The position numbers and the translations under genes are program-made. Shown piece by piece: positions 18,901-28,651 of a DNA stretch of 64,000 bases. This stretch comes from Spirochaetia bacterium (GTDB lineage: Bacteria; Spirochaetota; Spirochaetia; UBA9216). Each line of letters starts with the position of its first letter. Position 1 is the first letter of the stretch. The stretch covers positions 544,001 to 608,000 of the forward strand of contig OZ223269.1 of the NCBI GenBank assembly GCA_965140585.1, read 5' to 3'. The notes below the pieces were generated by a model, which saw only the letters and a list, made by a program, of their open reading frames with translations, was not told where the DNA came from and did not search any database.

Positions 18901-19302
18901 TCAGAGTGGGGTTTTTTTGTCACAGTCGTCAAGCAGAATCTCAAGAGCCCCTATGGACATAGTCAGCTCTTTAATCGACATACCCAGGGATATTAAAAGA
19001 AACAGAAGACTTACTGCGAACAGAATCTCTCCGACGGTACTTTGGCCGTAAAAAAGCAGCAACATTGTCGCCACACACAAAAAAAAGGAAATAACTCCGA
19101 AGATCTGCATATTCCTGATAATATAAATTCGTGAACGGAGGTTTTTTATCTGTAGCTCAAGATGATCTTCATGTGTTCTTGCTGATTCCTTATGCAGATC
19201 ACGTATCAATCCGGCAATAGTAAGATAACGGTTGGTGTAAGCCAGAAGCAGCAGTGAAATTGCAGGAAACAGCAGTGCCGGGGTTGTAAGTGTAAACTCC
19301 AT
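18901..19302 (-). CDS. DUF2721 membrane protein
   Basis: MEFTLTTPALLFPAISLLLLAYTNRY...IRDLH; start moved to ATG 19302 (GAGG RBS). Confidence 0.82.
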   Translation of the reverse strand: MEFTLTTPALLFPAISLLLLAYTNRYLTIAGLIRDLHKESARTHEDHLELQIKNLRSRIYIIRNMQIFGVISFFLCVATMLLLFYGQSTVGEILFAVSLLFLLISLGMSIKELTMSIGALEILLDDCDKKTPL

Positions 19303-19422
19303 ACAGGCCTCCTTTCGTTTCTTATGCAAAGATAATAAAAATATACAGGAGAGTCAAAGTCGGAAATCTGATATAATTTAAACATATATTCTGAATTTAC
19401 CCAAAAGGCGGAAAGTATTGTT

Positions 19423-19929
19423 TTGAAAATTGTTCGTGCTGAAATAACAGATATAGATTATATAATGGAGATTATTATTGCCTGTGTAAAAGATATGGAA
19501 AGCAAGGGTATCTTTCAATGGAACGAACATTACCCTGATAGTTCCGTCATAATTGAAGATATCGGGAGTCAGTCTGCCTATCTGCTGGTTGAAGAGGATG
19601 CCTGTTTTGCATATGTCTCCATAAATGAGGTTCAGCCTGAAGAGTATAAGACTATCAAGTGGAATGAAAACACCGGAAAAATTCTTGTAGTACACAGGTT
19701 ATCTGTACATCCTGATCGGCAGGGGCGTGGTGCTGCCCGCGGACTTATGGAATTTATTCAAAAATATGCAGTTGAGAATGACTATTCATTTATCAGGCTT
19801 GATGCATACAGTAAAAATCCGGCAGCATTAAATCTATATGAAAAAAGCGGATTCCGAAAAATGGGCGAGGGTTATTTTCCTTTTAGAGAACATCCTTTTT
19901 ATTTCTTTGAAAAATCGCTAATAATTTAA
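19423..19929 (+). CDS. GNAT family acetyltransferase
   Basis: QWNEHYP, VHRLSVHPDRQGRGAA and N.AALNLYEKSGF motifs. Confidence 0.9.
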   Translation: MKIVRAEITDIDYIMEIIIACVKDMESKGIFQWNEHYPDSSVIIEDIGSQSAYLLVEEDACFAYVSINEVQPEEYKTIKWNENTGKILVVHRLSVHPDRQGRGAARGLMEFIQKYAVENDYSFIRLDAYSKNPAALNLYEKSGFRKMGEGYFPFREHPFYFFEKSLII

Positions 19930-20050
19930 TTGTTGCCAAAATAAGTAATGTCAATTGATACCATTTAAAAATTACAATTTCTTTTTAGATTTAAAAATCT
20001 GCTCAATGCAGCCGATTCTTACAGATATAATCACAGTTCTTCAGGTCTGA

Positions 20051-20078
20051 ATAGGCTTCCCGAACCCGGAAAGCCTAT
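20051..20078 (-). terminator. Hairpin downstream of the Re-citrate synthase-like gene
   Basis: ATAGGCTT(C)CCG...CGGAAAGCCTAT inverted repeat. Confidence 0.55.
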
Positions 20079-20087
20079 GCTTAATAC

Positions 20088-21935
20088 TTATAATATTTTT
20101 CTTCTTTCGAGTATCTCATCAGGAATATTGCTCAGCAGTTTAACAAGTTCATCAAATATGAAATCAACATCTACAACTGCTGCAACATTTCCTTCAGAGT
20201 TAAGTATCGGTTCGGCTATTGTAATAATCATACGGCCAGTATATTTTGAAAAAAACAAATCCGAAACAAAACGTTCCTTTTTATCAAGAACACTTTGAAA
20301 CCAGTCTTTCTCGGTGAAGTTTTTATTCATCAGATTTCGAAAACTGCCTTTATCACCTCTTTGTGTATAAACCTGGGAGAGCCGCTGGCCGTCAGTATTG
20401 ATTATGGAAAGCAGCTGGATTGAACCTTCTTCCTTTGCTATATTGTTAAGATATTTCTCCATTGTATCCGCATTCACCGAAAGCACTTCAGGAGAACCTG
20501 AAATCTTTTCGGCTATTCTTGTAGCCTTCAGAACTGCAGCCTTCTTAACCTTCTGAAAGTCTGATTCAAAAAGGGATGGAATATGATGTTTGGCCTGAGC
20601 AATCATTTCATCGGTTGATATACTCGTTGTCCGTCCCTGAGCATACTGCTCCATAACCCATTCATATATTCGTTTGACGCCGGGATGCCGTTTGCTAACT
20701 TCTACTGTATCCAGAGTGTTTTCAAATTTAACATAGTCGGTAAGCCAGGCGGCAATTCCGGCAGCACCTGCTTTATCAGTAATCATCAGTTTAAGCGGAC
20801 GATTAAGTAGTCTGCCCGTATCAAAAATGTTATAAATTTCTTCATTCTTTAATATTCCATCTGCATGTACACCGGCTCTCGTTGTATTGAATTCTTCTCC
20901 AATGAAGGGGTAATTAGTGGGAATTACAGCCTTGATAACATTACGATAGTACTCGGCAATCTCAGTAATTACTCTGGTATCAAGTTCTCTGTTGCTTCCT
21001 TTAAGTCCGATATATTCAATAACAGCGGCTTCAAGAGGCGGGTTTCCGGTTCTTTCGCCGTAACCAAGCAGAGAGGCGTTTAATGATGATGCTCCGTATA
21101 GCCAGGCTGTTGCAGCATTAGTATGTACCTTGTGAAAATCATTGTGCCCATGCCATTCCAGCCATTCGGATGGATAATCCGCTTCCTGCCGAAATGCATA
21201 CAAAAGCTTCGGAATACTTCTGGGAAGTACAGTCCCCTGGTATGATAGACCATATCCCATTGTGTCGCATAATCTTATCTTTACAGGTGTACCGCTTTCA
21301 TCAGCAAGCTTTTTAAGTTCCTGAGCAAAGGGTATACAGAATCCGTATATATCCGAGCGCGTAACATCTTCAAAATGACAGCGGGGAATTATTCCCTCAG
21401 AAAGGGCGGCTTTAACTATACCAAGATATTCATCCATTATCCGGACCCGGTTTTTTTTAAGCTTCAGGAAAATATGGTAGTCAGATACTGATGTCAGTAT
21501 ACCGGTTTCTTTAAGTCCGATTGATTTTACTAATTTGAAATCTTCAGCGTTAGCTCTGATCCAACCGGTAATTTCGGGAAATTTATAGCCGAGTGAAAGA
21601 CATGCCTCTACAGCTTCTCGGTCACGATGGCTATAGAGGAAGAACTCACTCTGTCTGATTATTCCGGAATCTCCTGCCAGCTTGTGCAGCATGGAAAAGA
21701 TTTCTTTTATCTGTAACGGTGTATAGGGAGAACGTGCCTGTTGCCCGTCGCGAAAAGTAGTGTCGGTTATCCAGATATTTTCCGGGAAATCCATAGGTAC
21801 TGTTTTACCGTCAAAAAGTATTTTTGGTACTTCAGAGTACGGAAACTGTTCACGATAAAGCTGCGGTTCCTTAACATCGATTAATTGATATCTGATGTCT
21901 GGTACAGTCATGAGGTTTGAGTATGAGTTTATCAT
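20088..21935 (-). CDS. Re-citrate synthase-like DRE-TIM metallolyase (LeuA/HMGL-like) with C-terminal Cache/PDC-like domain
   Basis: DTTFRDGQQ, IRQSEFF, TGWIRA, HGHNDF and GERTGN motifs; C-terminus 'KDWFQ...FVSDLFFSKYTGRMIITIAEPI...VAAVVDVD'. Confidence 0.8.
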   Translation of the reverse strand: MINSYSNLMTVPDIRYQLIDVKEPQLYREQFPYSEVPKILFDGKTVPMDFPENIWITDTTFRDGQQARSPYTPLQIKEIFSMLHKLAGDSGIIRQSEFFLYSHRDREAVEACLSLGYKFPEITGWIRANAEDFKLVKSIGLKETGILTSVSDYHIFLKLKKNRVRIMDEYLGIVKAALSEGIIPRCHFEDVTRSDIYGFCIPFAQELKKLADESGTPVKIRLCDTMGYGLSYQGTVLPRSIPKLLYAFRQEADYPSEWLEWHGHNDFHKVHTNAATAWLYGASSLNASLLGYGERTGNPPLEAAVIEYIGLKGSNRELDTRVITEIAEYYRNVIKAVIPTNYPFIGEEFNTTRAGVHADGILKNEEIYNIFDTGRLLNRPLKLMITDKAGAAGIAAWLTDYVKFENTLDTVEVSKRHPGVKRIYEWVMEQYAQGRTTSISTDEMIAQAKHHIPSLFESDFQKVKKAAVLKATRIAEKISGSPEVLSVNADTMEKYLNNIAKEEGSIQLLSIINTDGQRLSQVYTQRGDKGSFRNLMNKNFTEKDWFQSVLDKKERFVSDLFFSKYTGRMIITIAEPILNSEGNVAAVVDVDFIFDELVKLLSNIPDEILERRKIL

Positions 21936-22047
21936 TTTTACTTCTCCCTTTGTGTGTGTTTATTTATGTTTGTACGATTAATGAAGGTTTGTGTAAACAT
22001 TAAACTTACAAATATGGGCAAAAAATGTAAGAATTATGTATGGATAT

Positions 22048-22953
22048 TTAGGTGGAGACGTTGTTTGTGGTTTGATTTGCCCAGTTGATGATTTCGACTA
22101 TATCATCTGAAACAAGATCTGCGGCTTTTAGGGCCTCTTCAGGCAAAGAAGATACAGCAGCACCCCCGGCTGAAATTCTAATCCCTGACCCGAATTCGCG
22201 CCTGACGGCTCTTATAATACCGGATGCAGTATTAATATTTTGATTCAGAGTCACAGAAATCAGCAGAATATCTGTTTGATTTTCTCTTAAATGATTAATT
22301 AACGCCCCTGCGGGGACCTGAGCTCCAAGAAATTGATTTTTCCACCCCGCATGCTCAAGCAGATAGCTGACTATTCGAAGTCCAAGTGTATGCTGCTCTC
22401 CGCTTGGAGTCATGCTGCATATAGTTCCCTTCAGAGGTAAGGAGTGGGTGGTGTGCGTGTGCACAGAAATTATGCATTCAAGGATTGTCTCACTTATTAA
22501 ATGCTCTTCTTCTACTCCGTATATTCCTTCATTCCATTCGTCACCCGTTTTTTGCAATGATGGTATAAGTAAATCAAGGAATATCTGCTCTTCACTGTAA
22601 AGTTCACTGTTCAGAAGATTGAGACAGAATTTTCCTGCTTCTGTTCTGGAGCTCAGACATATGCTAAGGAATTTTTCAGTTTCTTTTGTGAGTTCAGCAG
22701 ATTTACGGTAATTAAATGCCTGAGAGCTTGTCTGTGATTTATTGAAGTCTCTGCCTGTAAGTTTATCAAGGCTTGTATTAAAAAAGTCTGCAAGCTTTAT
22801 AAGTGTCTCAAGATCAGGGTTTCGTTTTCCGGTTTCATAGTTGGCTACTGCAGTCTGAACAATACCAATCTCTAATGCGAGTTTTTTTTGTGTGATTCCA
22901 TTTCTTTTTCTGTACATTCTGAGTTTATCAGACAATTCCTGATTCTGTTTCAT
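22048..22953 (-). CDS. XRE-HTH plus cobalamin-binding domain regulator (CarH/LitR-like sensor module)
   Basis: HTH_3 (TQKKLA...VANYETGKRNPD); W-x9-EH (WNEGIYGVEEEH); ExHxxG (EQHTLG); start moved to ATG 22953. Confidence 0.88.
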   Translation of the reverse strand: MKQNQELSDKLRMYRKRNGITQKKLALEIGIVQTAVANYETGKRNPDLETLIKLADFFNTSLDKLTGRDFNKSQTSSQAFNYRKSAELTKETEKFLSICLSSRTEAGKFCLNLLNSELYSEEQIFLDLLIPSLQKTGDEWNEGIYGVEEEHLISETILECIISVHTHTTHSLPLKGTICSMTPSGEQHTLGLRIVSYLLEHAGWKNQFLGAQVPAGALINHLRENQTDILLISVTLNQNINTASGIIRAVRREFGSGIRISAGGAAVSSLPEEALKAADLVSDDIVEIINWANQTTNNVST

Positions 22954-22964
22954 AATTACAAAAT

Positions 22965-23031
22965 AACACAATATGTGGTTTTAGAAAAGATAAATTATTC
23001 GAGAAAGTTCTTTACAAACACAATATGTGGT
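22965..23031. promoter_or_regulatory. Two identical 15-bp operator-like sites in the divergent promoter region
   Basis: AACACAATATGTGGT at 22965-22979 and 23017-23031; core CACA-N3-TGTG is an inverted repeat. Confidence 0.75.
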
Positions 23032-23059
23032 ATTACTTTTGTTATATAAGGAGAATTAT

Positions 23060-24124
23060 ATGAAAAGTTCCAGAAATTACATAGCTTATACAATAATCAT
23101 CATATCCTCATTTATAGCTATTTCCTGCTCCTCAAGTGAAGCGGAAGATGTCAGTGCTGCAAGTCCAATCCCTGCAGAACCCGACCCTGTTTCAGTTGAA
23201 GCTTTTAAAGCTGATTACGGAAAGCTGGTATCATCAGTTGATGCCTCTGGACTTTTAAGGGGTGCGAAGGAAGCCTCGATTGTTGCAGAAACCTCCGGAA
23301 AGATTACCGCCATGAAAGCTGGAATCGGTGATTATCTTGAAGCCGGTGCATCTGTTTTAACTGTTGATGATTCAATTGCAGTTCTTAATCTAAAGCAGGC
23401 TGAACAGGATTTAGAAAGTATAAAGATTGACTATGATGCTGTTGAACGTGCTTATCGTAACGGCAATGCAAGTAATGCAGAATATATAAAGGCAAAAAGC
23501 GCTTATACAGGCGCAGAAGCCAGGCTGGAGCAGGCTCGGAAAAATTACGAAAATACTTCAATTGCTGCTCCTGTAGAAGGATATCTTGCAGATCTGAATA
23601 GCAGCCTTGAAGAAGGCAGCTATCTTTCTGCAGGAAGTCCAGTAGGCGTTATAGTAGATCTATCCGGTGTCAAAGTGGATGTTTTTGTCAGTGATGACGA
23701 TGTGGGAAATATATCAGAAGGAGCCCCTGCTGTAATAAAGGTAGACGGACTTGAAATTGTTTCAGAAGTAGAGGCCGTTGCACTCAGCAGTGACAGAGCA
23801 ACCGGCAGCTTTAAAGTGATTGTTTCTGCTGCTAATCCATACGGAACAAGAATCCGTTCCGGAATGCCTGCGGTGGTAAGTATTAATCCAGAGGTTGAAG
23901 ACAGCCTGGTTATACCTTCTGCTGCTGTGGTTAATTTCGGCGGCAGCAGTTTTGTATATGTTGAGCAATCCGGAAAAGCCAGGCTTACAGAGGTTGAACC
24001 CGGGAAGCTTGCCGGAGACCGGATAGAAATCAGATCAGGGCTTATGCAGGGAGAAATAGTTCTTGTTACCGGAATAAAGAGTCTTGCTGACGGATATCCT
24101 GTTATTTTCAGACTAAGGGACTAA
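23060..24124 (+). CDS. RND efflux periplasmic adaptor (MFP) lipoprotein
   Basis: Lipobox AISC, I.APVEG hairpin and RSGM motifs; start moved to ATG 23060 (AAGGAG RBS). Confidence 0.92.
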   Translation: MKSSRNYIAYTIIIISSFIAISCSSSEAEDVSAASPIPAEPDPVSVEAFKADYGKLVSSVDASGLLRGAKEASIVAETSGKITAMKAGIGDYLEAGASVLTVDDSIAVLNLKQAEQDLESIKIDYDAVERAYRNGNASNAEYIKAKSAYTGAEARLEQARKNYENTSIAAPVEGYLADLNSSLEEGSYLSAGSPVGVIVDLSGVKVDVFVSDDDVGNISEGAPAVIKVDGLEIVSEVEAVALSSDRATGSFKVIVSAANPYGTRIRSGMPAVVSINPEVEDSLVIPSAAVVNFGGSSFVYVEQSGKARLTEVEPGKLAGDRIEIRSGLMQGEIVLVTGIKSLADGYPVIFRLRD

Positions 24125-27100
24125 TGGAGAAGAATATGAATATTGGAAAGTTTTCAGTTAAAAACCCTGTTCTTCTGACTATACTTATGATAACTCTCAT
24201 AATATTAGGAACTTTCAGTATGCTGCAGCTTCCTCAGGAACAGTTTGCAGAGGTTCCTTTTTACTGGGTGAATATCATAGTTCCGTATCCCGGTGTTTCA
24301 GCTGAAGATATCGAATCTTCAGTTACCATAAAAATAGAAAACGAAATGGACGGCTTAAAGGATTTAAAGCGTATTCAGTCAGTAAGCAGTGAAGGTTTGA
24401 GTACCGTAAGAGTAGAATTTGATGACGGTATTACAAACGATGAGTTCGGGCGGTATATACAGGATGTTCAGACAAGATTTGCAAGAATTTCTCTACCGGA
24501 CGGGACTCTGCCGGCAATTATTGATGAGTTCTCTTCTGCTGACTTTCTGCCTGTAATTGAAGTAGCTGTCTATGGAAAAATTCCCTACCCGGTGATAGTA
24601 GAAGCCTCGGAGACTCTTGCTTCAGAAATGGAGAAAATTTCACAGGTGTCATCTGTAAGTACTGTAGGAGAACGTGAAAGAAAAATATTTGTTGATGCTG
24701 ACAAATCAAGACTCGAGTCTTTAGGAATAACAATCAGCCAGATTGTAAGAACTATTCAGTCCAATACCGGAAATTACCCCGGTGGTGATTTTAAAACAAG
24801 CGGAAGAGAATACCTTGTGCGCACTGTTGCAGAAGCAGATACATCGGATAGTTTTGATAAACTTATAGTAAGGACAAGCGACTCAAGTGGTGTCGTGCGG
24901 ATAGGTGATATTGCAGAAGTTAAATCTGTTTTTTCTGATTCAGGTGAATATGTCAGGTTTAATGGTGAAGATGCAGTTCTTTTAAAAGTTGCAAAAGTTG
25001 CCGGCGGTGATGCGTCTTCGATAGTTGCAGGAGTGAAAGCTGCCGTTTCAGAATTTCCCTACCAGGAATATCCGGGAATTAAAATACAGCTGCAGAATGA
25101 TTCCACAATTCAGATCAAAGACAGTATAGGCGTTCTGCTGAATAATGCTATGCTAGGACTTATTCTTCTGGTAATAATACTTATTGTTTTTATCGGTTTG
25201 AGAAATGCTATTATGACAGCGTTAGGAATTCCTGTCACATTTGCTATTACGTTTCTGATACTCGATTATCTTGGTGAAACTTTTAACACTAATACGCTTT
25301 TTGGTCTTGTTCTTGTCCTCGGTCTGATTGTTGATCACGCTATAGTCATTATAGAGAACAGCTACCGGCTTCAGCAGGATGGATTAAGCAGGCGGGAAGC
25401 TGCGGTCAAAGGTGTCAATCAGGTTGTAATTCCTGTAATTGCGGCAACAGGTACTACTGTGGCGGCTTTTCTTCCTTTGATGATACTTCCGGGAACCATA
25501 GGTCGATTTCTTCGGATTATTCCTTTAACCGTTTCCATAGCCCTTATCGCCTCCACATTCGAAGCAATTGTATTTATCCCCAGTCACTATGCAGACTGGC
25601 CCTCTGCAAAAACTAAAAAACGTAAAGACTGGTTTATTCCGGTGCGCAATCGTTATAAGAAAATTATTTCATCTGTATACCGGCACAGGGGATTAACTGT
25701 AATCATCTTTATTGTAATGATGCTTGCATCATTTGCTCTGGTGCCCGGGCTTAACCAGGATCTTTTCAGTGCCGAAGATTACAGCTTGTTTTATGTGAAT
25801 ATTGAAATGGCGCCTGGAACTCGGCTCGAGAAAACCCTTGATGTTGTTTCGGAAATGGAAGCCGAATTATTTCCGTTTATCGGCAATGGTGAAATTACTT
25901 CTATTACTTCATCTGCTGGATATTCAGGTGGGAGTTCCGGAAACCTGAGCGGTAACAATGTTGCCCAGATTACTGTCGACCTTGAAGAGGTTAAAGACGG
26001 ACGCACGCGTTCAATACCCGAAATAATCGAGGATGTTAAAAATATTCTGAAAAAGGTCCCCGGGCCTGAAAAAGTTATTTACCGTAAAGCCGCTAACGGT
26101 CCGCCAGTTGAACAGGCTTTCACCATCAGATTCGAAGGTGATGATTATGAAGATCTTAAAACCGTTTCCGCCCTTATTCAGGATAAATTGAGAACATATA
26201 ATGCCCTTGTAAATATCGAAGATAATCTTCAGAACGGTAAACCTGAAATCAGGCTTAAAGTTGACAGTGAACGTGCAAGTGCTTTGGGTGTTTCGGTTGC
26301 AGATGTGGGAAACTTTGTCAGAGCTTCGTTTGACGGAGTCACGGCAACAACAATATTCAGAAAAAATAAAGAGACTGATGTAGTTGTAAGATACAGTCTT
26401 GAAAGACCTGTCGAATTCAGACTGGTTAATCAGATGAAAATTCCTTCCTCCTCAGGAGTCCTTGTGCCTTTTACATCGATCGGTTATGTCGAGCAGGAAG
26501 AGGGCTTTTCATCGATAAAGCGTGTTGACGGAAGAAGAGAGATTACCATTTCTGCAGACGCGTACAATGATGATGCTGTTCCTGAAATAAACACATCAAT
26601 CGAAGAATTTTTTAATACTGAAATATCGCCTGTTTATCCTGAAATTGAGCTGAAGGTAGGAGGGGAGTTCGCAGAGCTTTCAAATCTTATAATCAATATT
26701 CTGAGGCTCTTTCTTATAGGAGCCTTCCTGATTTATTTAATTCTCGGTGCACAGTTTAATTCATATACTCAGCCTGTTTTAATACTGCTGACAGTTCCAT
26801 TTGCTTTTGCCGGCGTTGTCCTTTACCTGTTTTTCTCAGGAACTCCTTTTTCAACTACCGTTCTTTATGCCGGTGTAGCGCTTGCTGGTATCGCAGTAAA
26901 TGATTCTATTGTACTGATCAGCTTTATTAATGAGTTAAAGGAATCAGGTCTGAAAACCGGCGATGCGGTAGTAGAGGCGGCTGCTACGAGGCTGCGTCCA
27001 ATTATGCTTACATCTTTAACAACAATAGCCGGGCTTCTTCCGACAGCGCTCGGTCTTGGAGGAAAGTCTGTAGTCTGGGGTCCTATGGCAACTACCATTG

Positions 27101-27201
27101 TTTTCGGTCTGATATTTTCTACAGCCACAGCACTCCTGTTTATACCGTCATTCTACGGTTTTCTGTACGACCGGAAAAGGAGAATAAAAAATGAGAAATA
27201 A
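24124..27201 (+). CDS. RND efflux permease (AcrB/AcrD/AcrF family)
   Basis: 1025 aa; YPGVSAEDIES, GLIVDHAIVIIEN and RLRPIMLTSLTT motifs. Confidence 0.95.
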   Translation: MEKNMNIGKFSVKNPVLLTILMITLIILGTFSMLQLPQEQFAEVPFYWVNIIVPYPGVSAEDIESSVTIKIENEMDGLKDLKRIQSVSSEGLSTVRVEFDDGITNDEFGRYIQDVQTRFARISLPDGTLPAIIDEFSSADFLPVIEVAVYGKIPYPVIVEASETLASEMEKISQVSSVSTVGERERKIFVDADKSRLESLGITISQIVRTIQSNTGNYPGGDFKTSGREYLVRTVAEADTSDSFDKLIVRTSDSSGVVRIGDIAEVKSVFSDSGEYVRFNGEDAVLLKVAKVAGGDASSIVAGVKAAVSEFPYQEYPGIKIQLQNDSTIQIKDSIGVLLNNAMLGLILLVIILIVFIGLRNAIMTALGIPVTFAITFLILDYLGETFNTNTLFGLVLVLGLIVDHAIVIIENSYRLQQDGLSRREAAVKGVNQVVIPVIAATGTTVAAFLPLMILPGTIGRFLRIIPLTVSIALIASTFEAIVFIPSHYADWPSAKTKKRKDWFIPVRNRYKKIISSVYRHRGLTVIIFIVMMLASFALVPGLNQDLFSAEDYSLFYVNIEMAPGTRLEKTLDVVSEMEAELFPFIGNGEITSITSSAGYSGGSSGNLSGNNVAQITVDLEEVKDGRTRSIPEIIEDVKNILKKVPGPEKVIYRKAANGPPVEQAFTIRFEGDDYEDLKTVSALIQDKLRTYNALVNIEDNLQNGKPEIRLKVDSERASALGVSVADVGNFVRASFDGVTATTIFRKNKETDVVVRYSLERPVEFRLVNQMKIPSSSGVLVPFTSIGYVEQEEGFSSIKRVDGRREITISADAYNDDAVPEINTSIEEFFNTEISPVYPEIELKVGGEFAELSNLIINILRLFLIGAFLIYLILGAQFNSYTQPVLILLTVPFAFAGVVLYLFFSGTPFSTTVLYAGVALAGIAVNDSIVLISFINELKESGLKTGDAVVEAAATRLRPIMLTSLTTIAGLLPTALGLGGKSVVWGPMATTIVFGLIFSTATALLFIPSFYGFLYDRKRRIKNEK

Positions 27202-28651
27202 ATTAATAATTCTGTTTATGATATTAGGCGCAGGGTCTTCTGTTTACGGAAGTGATTTTAATGATCTTATAGATGCTGCACTTACTTCTGATAATAAGCT
27301 TAAAGCAGCGCAGTCATCATACAGTTCGGCAATAGCCGGGGCAGCGGCTGAAAATCTGTCTACACTTCCAGGCCTGTCATTTACAACCGACAGTAATAGC
27401 CCCCTCTACAAATACAGTCTGGGTGAAGACTACTATTCATATCCGGTGGAGAGAAAACGAAAGCATACCGCCGGAGCAGGTCTTGCTCTGGATACACTCC
27501 TTCCCGGGGGAGGTCTGCTGAATCTCAGCGGAAGCGGCAGCCTTTTAATTTCTTCTCCAGCTGATGAAGAAACGCTGAGTTATTTCATAACTCCCTCAGC
27601 AGGATTGTATTTTAGGCAGCCGCTGTTTACCGACCGAAGTTCAGAATCTATGATACGATTTGACTCAATAAAGCTTGCCAGAGAATTAACAGTTTTAAGC
27701 GTCAATTCCGAAAGCCGGTCGGTACTAAATACTGAAAATGCTCTTGTTATATCGGTCTATTCTGCTGTTGTAAAAGCCCTGTCAATTAAAATGTCACTCG
27801 AAGTAATTGAACAGAGGATCGCAATTTCTGCTGATTCTCTAAAGCTTGCAGCTGAGGATGAAGCCTCAGGCAAAATAAGCAGGCTGGATTTTATTGCCGA
27901 AGAACTGTCGCTTAGAAGACTGGAAGATATCAGCAGAGAGCTGTCTTACCAGTATGAGGCGGCTTTACGTGATATAAAAAATATTACTGGAAATGAACTG
28001 GTAAAAATGCCTGAGCTTCCACTGATTAAACCTGATAAGACCATGCTGGCAGAACTTGAAGCGGAATTGTTCAGCGGAGCTGTACAGGTACAGGCAGCTT
28101 CTGAACTGAAAAGAATACTGGAAATTCAATCTGCGATTCTTCCTGACGGCACTGAGCCTGTTTTAGAAGTTACTGCAGTGATAAATCCAGGAAATACAGA
28201 TTCTGCCGATGATTTTTTTGAGGCATATGATAATCTTGGTGAAGCCGAATTAAACGCCCAGCTGACTGTAGCTCTTTCATTCGGCCTGATAGACTGGGGT
28301 GAGAATAAAAAAAGAAGAGAATCTGATAAAGCAGAAATTGAAGCTGCTCACTACCTTTTTGAAGATGCTCTAAGGCAGGTAAGTCTTTCATTTGAGAGTG
28401 GCCTGGATTCAATAAAGAATATAGACAGACAGCTTGAATTAATTGAAACGGAACTTGTCTATGATCTTGATCTGCTGGAAAGAGAAAAAAGCCGGGAGCA
28501 GGCTGGTCTTTCAACTTCGCTTGCAGTGAAGGCTGTAGAGCTTGATTACAATGAACAGCTGAATCAGAAGCAATTGCTCATGAATCAGAGGACTCTGGCG
28601 GTATTGAATCTCTACAATATTTCGGGCAGAAGGCTGGCTGAAATATTTTAG
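27191..28651 (+). CDS. TolC family outer-membrane efflux protein
   Basis: Signal peptide, repeated helical OEP pattern, position after MFP and RND genes. Confidence 0.82.
   Translation: MRNKLIILFMILGAGSSVYGSDFNDLIDAALTSDNKLKAAQSSYSSAIAGAAAENLSTLPGLSFTTDSNSPLYKYSLGEDYYSYPVERKRKHTAGAGLALDTLLPGGGLLNLSGSGSLLISSPADEETLSYFITPSAGLYFRQPLFTDRSSESMIRFDSIKLARELTVLSVNSESRSVLNTENALVISVYSAVVKALSIKMSLEVIEQRIAISADSLKLAAEDEASGKISRLDFIAEELSLRRLEDISRELSYQYEAALRDIKNITGNELVKMPELPLIKPDKTMLAELEAELFSGAVQVQAASELKRILEIQSAILPDGTEPVLEVTAVINPGNTDSADDFFEAYDNLGEAELNAQLTVALSFGLIDWGENKKRRESDKAEIEAAHYLFEDALRQVSLSFESGLDSIKNIDRQLELIETELVYDLDLLEREKSREQAGLSTSLAVKAVELDYNEQLNQKQLLMNQRTLAVLNLYNISGRRLAEIF

Noticed and set aside
28648-28651. 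Overlapping stop codons of the convergent tolC-like and sigma-54 activator genes, no terminator
   Set aside because: Common compact arrangement; no evidence for antisense regulation from sequence alone
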